DNA of 46,057 bases from Nanobdellota archaeon (GTDB lineage: Archaea > Nanobdellota > Nanobdellia > Pacearchaeales > GW2011-AR1), in assembly GCA_038045145.1 (NCBI GenBank), contig JBBSYQ010000006.1:1-46057 (forward strand), in the 5' to 3' direction. Positions 8,210-16,041 of the stretch are shown here, piece after piece. The notes beneath the pieces are model-generated. The model saw only the letters and a list, made by a program, of their open reading frames with translations, had not been told where the DNA came from and did no database searches. Each line of letters opens with the position of its first letter. Position 1 is the first letter of the stretch. The position numbers were made by a program, and so were the translations under genes.

Positions 8210-8911
8210 TCACGCCTCAAATTCTTTTTCTTCTTTCATCTCTTTTCCGTCGGTGTTAATGCATCTTACGATTTTTCCTTTTCTCAACGCTTTTTCCCTA
8301 ACAACTGCGAAATCTTTTTCGTTTTTTGGAAAAATAAGTTCTTTGATGGAAATATTATGTTTTACATTTATTTTCTTTCCTTCTTTAACGTCCCAGAACA
8401 AATTCTCCCTGATTATTGAATAAAATTTTTCATCCGTTTCCAGTTGGCAGAATTTGCCATCAATCTTGTTTTCATTTTTTCCCGGCTTTGGAAGTTTTTT
8501 CTTCATTTTCAGGCTAAAGCCGTCGCCTTCCATGTCCAAAAGCATGAAGTAAGAAACCTCCGCCAATTTTCTTATCTGTTCCCCGCTCATTTCCTGATTT
8601 GAGATATTACTTTGATAATACAATCCTCCTTTTTTTGTTTCAGAGTTTCCTTTTATGTTATTTTGAGACATAATTTCCGAGATGTCTTTTTTGCTCAGCA
8701 CATCTCCTGAAACTTTGCTGTTTCCAAATTCAGAGCATAACAGAACTAAGTCATTCGCCAGTTCAAAGCTGGTTTTAACCTTGATTTTTTTTGACTTCAC
8801 TAAATTAAGAATAAATCTTCCGTTGAATTCTCCTTTCCCGAATCTGATGAACTGCAGATGCGCGTTCTCGTCGGTTTTGCCGTCAAAAATATTTTTTATG
8901 AAATTTGTCAT
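8210..8911 (-). CDS. hypothetical protein (233 aa)
   Basis: Long non-repetitive ORF with no recognisable motifs. Confidence 0.55.
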   Translation of the reverse strand: MTNFIKNIFDGKTDENAHLQFIRFGKGEFNGRFILNLVKSKKIKVKTSFELANDLVLLCSEFGNSKVSGDVLSKKDISEIMSQNNIKGNSETKKGGLYYQSNISNQEMSGEQIRKLAEVSYFMLLDMEGDGFSLKMKKKLPKPGKNENKIDGKFCQLETDEKFYSIIRENLFWDVKEGKKINVKHNISIKELIFPKNEKDFAVVREKALRKGKIVRCINTDGKEMKEEKEFEA

Positions 8912-9120
8912 ATTTTCTCTAAAATTTTATTTTACAAAAATTGCAGTATATGAAATTGTGAAATTCTGTTTTTAAATTTTTATCCTGCCAACTCATTAAG
9001 AAAAATCAATGTTAATCCGTAATAAATTTCCATTAACGCGAAAAATGAACATTCTTTAATCATCGGCTAGCATTTGCACGAGTTGCATAAATTTATAAAT
9101 TTGTTATGTTTTATTATCCG

Positions 9121-10167
9121 ATGGCAGGAATGGTTGTCGACGAGGAATTTTTCAAGAAGATTTTCATAAGCGTAATTCTTGCGGTGCTCCTTCTTTTGTC
9201 ATTTTTTATCCTTAAACCGATTCTTCTTTCAATAATTATGGGGGTGATTTTAGCAATTGTTTTGGAAACCCCGTACAATAAAATTCTTTATTATTTGAAA
9301 TCAAAAACTCTGTCGGCGGCGGTAATATGCATTTTGATTTTGTTAAGCATACTTATCCCTCTCTGGTTTTTAACCCCGATATTCATTGAGCAGTCACTTG
9401 AAGCATATCATCTTTCACAGCAGATAGACTTGGCAAGCGTTCTAAACAAATTTTTCACTTTTGCCTCGCCTTCAGATACTCTCTCTGGAGAAGTCGGCGG
9501 AATTTTGAACTCTTTCATAGCAAAGGCAACCAACTCGCTTCTGAATTATTTTTCCAAATTAATACTGGAATTCCCGTCGCTGCTTCTCCAACTTTTCGTG
9601 GTGTTCTGCACACTCTTTTTTGTTTTAAGGGACAGTGAGACAATTATCGCCAACATACACAACCTGATACCTTTTTCAAAGAATATTGAAGATAAATTAT
9701 TCAAGTCGTCAAAAGACATAACTCTCTCTGTTATTTACGGACATATCTTCATTGGTATTATGCAGGGAATAATAGTCGGACTTGGATTCTTGATATTCGG
9801 AGTTTCAAACAGCCTGTTCCTGATGCTGCTTGCAATTATCGCGGGGATAATTCCAACTTTCATCGGAACAGCAATCGTCTGGGTGCCGGTAATTGTTTAT
9901 CTTTTCCTTGCGGATAATAATTTTGCAGCATTCGGGGTTCTCGTCTTCGGTTTGTTTGCGGGAAGCATTGACAATGTGATAAGGCCGATATTTATATCTA
10001 AAAAGTCCAAGATGCATCCGTTTCTCGCTTTAGTCGGAATGATTGGCGGATTTTTCTTTTTCGGATTCCTTGGTTTCATCCTCGGTCCGTTGATAATAGC
10101 TTACATAATAATCTTTTTGGAAGTTTACAGGGGAAAGGAAGTGGACGGGATTTTCATAAAACGATAG
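9121..10167 (+). CDS. AI-2E family transporter (PerM/UPF0118-type permease)
   Basis: Multi-TM protein with the family C-terminal signature (GIIPTFIGTAIVWVP...GSIDNVIRPIFISKKSKMHPFLALVGMIGGFFFFGFLGFILGP). The ATG at 9121 lies about 20 nt after TATA 9091-9100, matching the leaderless spacing used elsewhere. The track start at 9106 is only 6 nt from the TATA. Confidence 0.8.
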   Translation: MAGMVVDEEFFKKIFISVILAVLLLLSFFILKPILLSIIMGVILAIVLETPYNKILYYLKSKTLSAAVICILILLSILIPLWFLTPIFIEQSLEAYHLSQQIDLASVLNKFFTFASPSDTLSGEVGGILNSFIAKATNSLLNYFSKLILEFPSLLLQLFVVFCTLFFVLRDSETIIANIHNLIPFSKNIEDKLFKSSKDITLSVIYGHIFIGIMQGIIVGLGFLIFGVSNSLFLMLLAIIAGIIPTFIGTAIVWVPVIVYLFLADNNFAAFGVLVFGLFAGSIDNVIRPIFISKKSKMHPFLALVGMIGGFFFFGFLGFILGPLIIAYIIIFLEVYRGKEVDGIFIKR

Positions 10168-10288
10168 TGCGTTCTGTCGCATAATCGGCTTCTCTGAAAA
10201 TTTCCGACGATAAAACCTGTAAAAGTTCTGCAAATTAGGCAATCGGACCGAGCGTTAATATTTTAAACTTCATTTTCTATTTTTATTA

Positions 10289-10576
10289 ATGATAAAATCG
10301 GGTTACAGGAGAAAAATTGTGGAATACTTCAAGAAAAATTTATTAAAAGGCTACACAGAAGAATCGTTGAAGTGGATGCTGATGAATCAGGGTTATACAA
10401 GAACAGACATTACCGCAGCCGTTGCCGCGGCAAAGAAAGAATTGTCTGATAAAGAAAAAATAGCAGATAAGGAAAAACCGGAAATAAAATACGAGGCTTA
10501 CGAAGAAGGTAGCACGCCTTTGTCTTCGGGCAATAAAAAAACTTTTTGGAGAAGAATTTTTTTCTGGAGGAAATAA
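10289..10576 (+). CDS. hypothetical 95-aa protein
   Basis: ORF only. Charged, with a basic/aromatic C-terminal tail. Confidence 0.4.
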   Translation: MIKSGYRRKIVEYFKKNLLKGYTEESLKWMLMNQGYTRTDITAAVAAAKKELSDKEKIADKEKPEIKYEAYEEGSTPLSSGNKKTFWRRIFFWRK

Positions 10577-10859
10577 TTTTTTTATTTCTTTAAATTAGTC
10601 CCACCCGCCCACCCTAAAAATTAACTGATTAATGTTAAATAGTAGGATTTTCTTTTAATTTAGATTATCAATGAATGAGCGACAGCGAGTTCGTAATCTC
10701 GCAAAATTCTCTTATAGCAAATCTTTTTAATTCTTGGAAATTAGGGATTTATGCGGAGTAAGCCAGTTTACTGAGAGATTAATTCTCTGCCCAAGTTTTA
10801 TTGGGCGCTTACTTCGAGAAAGCCTCTTTCCCAACAAGGGAAACGAGTGAACGCAGTGA

Positions 10860-11029
10860 GCCTCCGTCGCATAAGGGTATTGCACCGGTCTTGAGTTTGA
10901 TAATTCGTGGGAGTTAGCAGACTCTGACGGAAAATCCAAGATTTTCCGGTCTAGAGAAAAAGTAAAATAAAAAACGAACAAGTCAACCGGGCCTTTACAG
11001 GCTTCCAGGTTCGATTCCTGGCGGGGGCG
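10860..11029 (+). tRNA. tRNA-Ser(UGA) with 89-nt intron at canonical position 37/38
   Basis: Hand fold: acceptor GCCTCCG/CGGGGGC (one G-U pair), D arm GCA/TGC with a GGG loop, and anticodon stem CCGGT (10885-10889)/ACCGG (10986-10990). The anticodon loop is CT-TGA-G. A long variable arm (GCCT-TTAC-AGGC-TT) marks it as class II. T arm is CCAGG-TTCGATT-CCTGG and the discriminator is G. No CCA is encoded. Confidence 0.8.
10896..10984 (+). other. tRNA-Ser intron with bulge-helix-bulge splice motif
   Basis: A 4-bp central helix pairs CTTG (10890-10893) with CAAG (10979-10982). It is flanked by 3-nt bulges AG|T (10894-10896) and TC|A (10983-10985), which puts both cuts after the 2nd bulge nucleotide. 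The intron contains a perfect 8-bp hairpin CGGAAAAT/ATTTTCCG (10928-10948). Confidence 0.7.
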
Positions 11030-11037
11030 TTTTTTTT
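11030..11037 (+). terminator. T8 run directly after tRNA-Ser
   Basis: Eight consecutive T immediately 3' of the discriminator base. Oligo-T is the usual archaeal termination signal. Confidence 0.5.
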
Positions 11038-11539
11038 ATTCAAAATAGAAGTTAGGTGTGTCGAGTACGATTTCTTTTGCAAATTGAAGTAAAGTGCCGA
11101 GATTATGTCTTTCAAATTTTTTTGAAATTGTTATATGTGGATTAAATTCAGGATAAATTGTGGCTGGTTCTTCTTTGGAAAAATTTCCAAGAATTTTTCT
11201 TCCATATTCGTCTAAATTTGGCCAGACATGTCTTATTTGTCTCTCAATATCGGAAAGCAGCATTTTATTTATTGCTCTGAATGTTTCATTTTCATACCTC
11301 AAAACCAAACAACCTTCAAAAATATCAAAGAAATATGTTCTGAAATCCAATTCTATTGGTAATTTCTTTTTTAGTCTGTCTAAAAGTTCGCTATCAAAAA
11401 ACACAGGAATTCTCGCGGAAAAATAAACCGTTGAGTGAAAAATGTCTTTAGGATTTAAGATTAATCCTTGTCCTTTACAATATTCCAAAATATCTTCTCC
11501 ACTTCCTCTTTCAACCAAAAGTTCAACGACACTTTTCAT
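11036..11539 (-). CDS. 2H phosphoesterase superfamily protein (LigT / cyclic phosphodiesterase-like)
   Basis: Two H-x-T/S-x motifs about 100 aa apart: FHSTVYF and PHITISK. Size of 167 aa is typical. ATGA overlap with the upstream helicase (11536-11539). Confidence 0.65.
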   Translation of the reverse strand: MKSVVELLVERGSGEDILEYCKGQGLILNPKDIFHSTVYFSARIPVFFDSELLDRLKKKLPIELDFRTYFFDIFEGCLVLRYENETFRAINKMLLSDIERQIRHVWPNLDEYGRKILGNFSKEEPATIYPEFNPHITISKKFERHNLGTLLQFAKEIVLDTPNFYFE

Positions 11540-13464
11540 TTTTCAAAAAACTCCAGCACTCTCGTGTCGGGCGATAAAAGATAAACATGGTCTTCTCTGA
11601 ATCTTAATCCGCGATAAATTTTCTGCAATAATTCCCTTCTTGCCTTGTCTTTATACATCTCCCAATAATGCATAGGTTTTGTTTCTTTAAGAATTTTCCA
11701 GAAAGCATCCTCGGGATTTGGATTCGGGAATTTTGTAAAAACAATGCTGTTGCATTCTTTTCCAGGAAAATCAATTCCTCTTGAACAGCGCGTAGTAAAA
11801 ATAACGTCTGTTTTTCCCTTTTTAAAATCTTCCACCAGTTTGTTTGATTTGTCTTCGCTCTGCATTTTCATGAGTTCTTCCTTGCTGATTAAATTCTTGA
11901 AATCAAATTTTTGCTTCTCGTTTTCCGAAGGCAAATCCGAGAACGCGCTCACATGAACCAAAACAGGTTTTTTTGCCGTCTCAAGACACTTGTCAAGCGA
12001 CTTGAGATAATGCTCCCTGCTTAATTTTCCGTTGGAAAAATTTTCATATTTGCAGTCTGTTTCCATTCCGGTTCTAATTACTGATATCGCGCCTTGTTGC
12101 TGCGTTTCAGCTTCTATAATCTTAAAATTATCAAGCCCGAAAATATTTTTAAGAACCTTATCTGAATGAATTGTTCCCGACATCAAAACAAGAACCTTGT
12201 TTTTTTCAACCATTCCCCTGAACTTTTTGGCAAGGTTTGTTGTTACAAGATTTATAATTAAATTATTTTCTTTTTTGTTAAAATCCAAATAAGTCTCGTC
12301 AAAGAAATCCTTGAACATGATTGCTGTTTCCTCAACATCCGAGATGTAACTTTCCTCGTCTATTTCTTTCAAAAAATCATCGGACTCAAGAAATATCCTG
12401 AATAAATCATACAATCCTGTGTTTTTCAGCGGGATTATTTTCTTGGAATAAACTGCTTCGTTGATTCTCCTGTCTTTTCTAAGATGATTTATTATTTCAT
12501 ACATCTCCTCGATAACTTTTAATGATGATTCGCTTTCCGTCGCCATTTGTATGAGTGAATTCTGGAATTTGTCTATGTTGATGCTTCTTTGATTTGTAAA
12601 ACTGTCAAGAAACTCGTCGCACTCGTCAATTATTTCAACCTCCGTCAGCGGCTTCCTGTTTAAAGCAGATTCAAGCTGGTATTTTAACGAGTTAAAAATA
12701 ATCACGTCGGAATCAACATAAGAGTTAAACTGTTCATAAAATTTGCATCCTGGTTTTCTCTGATAAATCGTGAATTTTATGTTATTCAACCCAAGATATT
12801 CTTTTTTATTTTGATAACTGCCGTTTTTTAATTCATACTTCTCCGGCAGAACAGGGCTCCAGTACGGGCAAACGCTCGCAACAGGAAGTCTTTTTACATC
12901 GTTGATTTTATTTATGTTTTTTATGTTGACATTATTATTTTGTTTAAGATATTCGCGGAGTTTGCCGAAATTTTTTTCTTTTATCTCTATCTTGCAGGGT
13001 ATTTCTAAATTGTCCGCGGATTTGTCCTCTGGTTTCGGCTTTTCCACGGAATCAAATATGTCATTCAATTTTGAATTTATTTCTCTTTTTATTTTTGGAA
13101 TTCCTATGTCATTGTCTTCGAGAAATTTGCATGCGTGATTGTTTCTTCCGGTTATAACGCTGATTTTTAATCTGCTTCCGTCATTTTTTAACAGATACTT
13201 GTCTGTTTCATAATCTCTTTTATACTGATTTTGCAGGTTCTTCCCGGGCACAATGATTGATGTCTTTCCAAGATTCTTCGCAATGTTCAGCGCAATTGCA
13301 CTTTTTCCCGTGCCGCAAACGCCGCGGATGAAAATTATTTTCTCGCCGCTATGAATAGTTTCCAAAACTTCGTCTACAATATCATCCTGCGTTTTCCCAT
13401 TGGAAAAAACTAAAGGTTCTAAGAATTTTTCTTTTTTGTATAAATTCCACATTTTAATTAACAT
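11536..13464 (-). CDS. SF2 DNA helicase, XPD/Rad3/DinG-like
   Basis: Walker A is GVCGTGKS and motif II is IIDECDEF. The C-terminal TTRCSRGIDFPGKECNSIVFTKFPNPNP resembles the XPD/DinG motif VI region. Four spaced Cys residues between motifs I and II (HACKF, IPCKI, SVCPYW, PGCKF) could be an Fe-S cluster. Confidence 0.7.
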   Translation of the reverse strand: MLIKMWNLYKKEKFLEPLVFSNGKTQDDIVDEVLETIHSGEKIIFIRGVCGTGKSAIALNIAKNLGKTSIIVPGKNLQNQYKRDYETDKYLLKNDGSRLKISVITGRNNHACKFLEDNDIGIPKIKREINSKLNDIFDSVEKPKPEDKSADNLEIPCKIEIKEKNFGKLREYLKQNNNVNIKNINKINDVKRLPVASVCPYWSPVLPEKYELKNGSYQNKKEYLGLNNIKFTIYQRKPGCKFYEQFNSYVDSDVIIFNSLKYQLESALNRKPLTEVEIIDECDEFLDSFTNQRSINIDKFQNSLIQMATESESSLKVIEEMYEIINHLRKDRRINEAVYSKKIIPLKNTGLYDLFRIFLESDDFLKEIDEESYISDVEETAIMFKDFFDETYLDFNKKENNLIINLVTTNLAKKFRGMVEKNKVLVLMSGTIHSDKVLKNIFGLDNFKIIEAETQQQGAISVIRTGMETDCKYENFSNGKLSREHYLKSLDKCLETAKKPVLVHVSAFSDLPSENEKQKFDFKNLISKEELMKMQSEDKSNKLVEDFKKGKTDVIFTTRCSRGIDFPGKECNSIVFTKFPNPNPEDAFWKILKETKPMHYWEMYKDKARRELLQKIYRGLRFREDHVYLLSPDTRVLEFFEK

Positions 13465-13509
13465 TTCAGCGTCTTTAAAAAAGCGACGGGATACAAATTT
13501 TTAATTTGA

Positions 13510-13581
13510 AGCCTCAGGCAGGATTTGAACCTGCGACCTATTGATTACGAATCAATTGCTCTACCACTGAGCTACTGAGGC
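13510..13581 (-). tRNA. tRNA-Thr(CGU)
   Basis: The reverse complement reads GCCTCAG-TA-GCTC-AGTGGTA-GAGC-A-ATTGA-TTCGTAA-TCAAT-AGGTC-GCAGG-TTCAAAT-CCTGC-CTGAGGC-T. This is a clean cloverleaf with no intron. Confidence 0.92.
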
Positions 13582-13614
13582 GATGTGGTTTTGCGGAAAT
13601 TTATTTCCAGCTTG

Positions 13615-13632
13615 CCACTGAGCTACTGAGGC
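13615..13632 (-). repeat. 18-nt perfect duplicate of tRNA-Thr positions 1-18 (orphan 5' fragment)
   Basis: ccactgagctactgaggc at 13615-13632 is identical to 13564-13581. The copy lies 33 nt upstream of the intact tRNA on the same strand. Confidence 0.85.
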
Positions 13633-13773
13633 ACAAAATTTTCATTTTGTTCCATAAGTTGTTTTTCAAAACACCTAAGGCAAATATTTTGTATTTTCAA
13701 ATCAAATTAGAATTAGTTATAAAACTTATTATGAGAGTTCAAACTATGAATTAGACTTGACTGCTAAAATAAC

Positions 13774-14061
13774 CTAACCAAACAGCGCAGCCAAGCCTTC
13801 TGCCGCAGCTTCTCTTTTCTCTTCCTTCACGGTTTCTTTCTTTTCTTCTTTAGCCACTGCACTCGTCGCAGGAGCTGCTGAAACCAAGCTTGCGTTTTCA
13901 AGTTCCTTGTCAATGTTCACGCCCTTTAAGCTGACAACAAGCGATTTTATTTTTGATTCATCTGCTTGTACGCCGGCAGCTGCAACAATTTTCTTCAGGT
14001 TCTCTTCGTTGATTTCCCTTCCGAGTTTGTGCAACAAAAGCGCTGCATGTATGTATTCCAT
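13774..14061 (-). CDS. rpl12: 50S ribosomal stalk protein P1 (aL12)
   Basis: MEYIHAALLLHKLGREINEENLKKIV N-terminus, then an Ala-rich hinge and EEKK region, ending in the conserved tail EGLAALFG. Confidence 0.92.
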   Translation of the reverse strand: MEYIHAALLLHKLGREINEENLKKIVAAAGVQADESKIKSLVVSLKGVNIDKELENASLVSAAPATSAVAKEEKKETVKEEKREAAAEGLAALFG

Positions 14062-14104
14062 TTATTTTTCCTCCCTGTTAATTTTAATTAATTGTAAAAT
14101 CATT

Positions 14105-14911
14105 TTATGATTTTTCCTCCGGATTTTTTTCACGGACTTTAACAAAACCGCCCAATGATTTTTCATTAATCGCGGCTTTTCTTATTAAAAATTTAATCGT
14201 GTCTTTTGAAATATAGCCCATGCCGACGGCAAATGCGAGCGATTTTGAATTAATTTTCTTAAGTTCTGCAAGAGTTTCTTTCCGGTCAATTTTTATTTCA
14301 AGATACATTTTTTTCTCCCTGTTGTCAAAAGCCGATAACGGAATAAATCCGATTGAAAAAGGTTTTATGTCAAGCTTGTTCATGATGCTCGCGGCGGCGT
14401 CTGAAATTTTCTCGCCCTTTTTGACGATGACTTTGGGTTCTTTGATGCTTATCTTTCCCTTGTCTACTGTTGTTTTGATTCCCAAGGCGCCGAGTTCGCT
14501 TATTGCAGGTCCCGGTGTCAAATCCGTGGGTCCCGCCTCAATTTCTATGTCATTAGGGGCTTCCTGTCCTATCTTCGCTTTTGCCGGACTTTTATTTTCA
14601 ATTAATTCCGAAGCAAGTTCAAAACAGTCAATGTCGGAAAAAAGAATTGCTACATTGTCGCCTGTTTGTTCTTTTATTTTTTTTATTTTTTCATCTCCGC
14701 ATTCTTCTATCGCCCTTAGAATTATGTTTTTCTTGACAAACTTGACTATTGCTTTCCCCCTTAATTTCTTGGAGATTTCCTGGAACTCCGATGCAGGCAG
14801 ATTTTTTATCGAAGCCAGAAGAATTGTCCTCTTGTTTTTCAGCAAATTCGCAAGTTCTCCGACTATCCTTGCCTTTTTTTCATGAGCGGGATTTTTTGTC
14901 TTTGCTCTCAT
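14105..14911 (-). CDS. rpl10: 50S ribosomal stalk protein uL10 (P0), short form
   Basis: The N-terminal domain has the uL10/P0 pattern (KKARIVGELANLLKNKRTILLASIKNLPASEFQEISKKLRG). It overlaps the uL1 stop by 4 nt. At 268 aa it lacks a P1-like C-terminal tail. Confidence 0.88.
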   Translation of the reverse strand: MRAKTKNPAHEKKARIVGELANLLKNKRTILLASIKNLPASEFQEISKKLRGKAIVKFVKKNIILRAIEECGDEKIKKIKEQTGDNVAILFSDIDCFELASELIENKSPAKAKIGQEAPNDIEIEAGPTDLTPGPAISELGALGIKTTVDKGKISIKEPKVIVKKGEKISDAAASIMNKLDIKPFSIGFIPLSAFDNREKKMYLEIKIDRKETLAELKKINSKSLAFAVGMGYISKDTIKFLIRKAAINEKSLGGFVKVREKNPEEKS

Positions 14912-15537
14912 TTTGTTTTTATTTTTACAGGTTTACTCATCGTGAATTTTATTTCAAGATTTCTTATATTATCTTTTTCCTGCGGCAATGCTTTAAGCAT
15001 CGCGTTGTACACAGCGACGATATTTTCAATAATTTCCTCGTCTTTCATGCTTTGTTTTCCGACGGACATTTTTACGCTCGCTTCTTTCGTTCTTATTTTT
15101 ACGCTGTTGTTTATTTTGTTTTTTATTTCACTTATGCTTTTGTCATTGACATCTGTTAAAATTCCAAGCTGCGGCGACGGCATTTTTCCCGCAGGCCCGA
15201 GATATCTCCCGAAAGTTGTAGCAACATTTGCCATTAAATTCGCCGACGCGATGAAAAAATCAAATTTTTTAAGCAGTTTTCTTATTTCTTTTTTGTCGGA
15301 ATATTTTTTAAAATCGTCCTTTGTTATTGTTTCAACATCATTTCTCCTTGAATCTAAAAAAGCCGCTATTCTTTTGTCCTTGATTTTATGCGGCACGGAA
15401 ACAAAAATATTTACCTGATTTTTCTTAACATCAAATTTCTGCAGATTTAGGACTAAGTCTAAACTCTGGTCAAATTTTCTCGCTTTTTCTTTTCTTAATT
15501 CAGTCAAAGCTGACTTTAAGTTTTCTTCAAGTTCCAT
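14908..15537 (-). CDS. rpl1: 50S ribosomal protein uL1
   Basis: FDQSLDLVLNLQKFDVKKNQVNIFVSVPH... and GRYLGPAGKMPSPQLG are uL1 hallmarks. A GGAGG lies 7 nt upstream of the ATG. Confidence 0.92.
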   Translation of the reverse strand: MELEENLKSALTELRKEKARKFDQSLDLVLNLQKFDVKKNQVNIFVSVPHKIKDKRIAAFLDSRRNDVETITKDDFKKYSDKKEIRKLLKKFDFFIASANLMANVATTFGRYLGPAGKMPSPQLGILTDVNDKSISEIKNKINNSVKIRTKEASVKMSVGKQSMKDEEIIENIVAVYNAMLKALPQEKDNIRNLEIKFTMSKPVKIKTK

Positions 15538-15548
15538 TTAAATACCTC

Positions 15549-15594
15549 CTACATTACGCGTCGCAGACATAGAATCTATTCCGCAACGATGTAG
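15549..15594 (-). promoter_or_regulatory. structured, GC-enriched 5' leader of the uL1-uL10-P1 operon (candidate autoregulatory element)
   Basis: On the minus strand, CTACAT...ATGTAG forms an outer stem. Inside it are a GTTGC/GCGAC stem and an ATAG/CTAT stem. The 3' arm abuts the GGAGG Shine-Dalgarno sequence. Confidence 0.3.
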
Positions 15595-15690
15595 TTTATC
15601 GGTGCTTTTGAAAGAAAATTTGTATTTATAAAACTTTTCTCATATGTGAATTATAGCAATACTTATAAATTAATTTTATTTTCAGGATTC

Positions 15691-16041
15691 ATGGAACTTA
15701 TTGCATTGCTTTCATCGGGGGAGGGAACATGGGCGCAGGTTGCAGGACTGATAAAATTTGGGGAATGGGAAAACATTATTGTGCTCGGCGACGATTTTGC
15801 AAAGAAGTTTACTTCTGAAAAAAAAATTGAATTTATAAAAATAGATTTGGGAAAAAAAATTAAGGACCTGCGCGACGAGTTTATGGACAAGCTGAAGGGG
15901 AAAATCAGCGGCATGGAAGTTGCATTGTCTGTTGCAAGTGGCGACGGAAAAGAGCACATGGCTTTAATTTCCGCTCTGATAAATATTCCCGTAGGAATAA
16001 GATTTGCCGCACTGACAAAAGAAGGAATTATTGACTTGTAA
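15691..16041 (+). CDS. hypothetical alpha/beta protein (116 aa from ATG 15691)
   Basis: The track start at 15646 is GTG, only about 13 nt after TATA 15624-15633. The first ATG (MELIALLSSGEGTW...) is at 15691. No family recognised. Confidence 0.5.
   Translation: MELIALLSSGEGTWAQVAGLIKFGEWENIIVLGDDFAKKFTSEKKIEFIKIDLGKKIKDLRDEFMDKLKGKISGMEVALSVASGDGKEHMALISALINIPVGIRFAALTKEGIIDL

Noticed and set aside
10590-10859. RNase P RNA or SRP RNA upstream of tRNA-Ser
   Set aside because: I could not find the universal cores, such as GAGGAAAGUCC and ACAGAA for RNase P, or the helix 8 GGAA and AGCA motifs for SRP. It is kept only as an unspecified structured region.
10727-10981. 84-aa minus-strand ORF in the ORF track
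   Set aside because: It lies across the tRNA-Ser 5' exon, the intron and the structured upstream region. The composition is not protein-like and no start context is present.
11005-11029. Orphan T-arm + acceptor 3' strand as a Nanoarchaeum-style split tRNA half
   Set aside because: A matching 5' exon (10860-10895) is on the same strand 89 nt upstream of the 3' exon, and a canonical BHB joins them. Cis-splicing explains the arrangement.
13582-13632. Second, intron-containing or split tRNA formed by the duplicated 5' fragment
   Set aside because: After position 18 the copy diverges. The following hairpin has only a 2-4-nt loop with no anticodon loop, and no matching 3' half exists nearby.
14220-15418. 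Plus-strand ORFs (221, 136 and 178 aa) opposite uL10 and uL1
   Set aside because: They are antisense to well-supported r-protein genes. Phe/Ser/Leu-rich text is typical of the reverse frame of K/E-rich genes.
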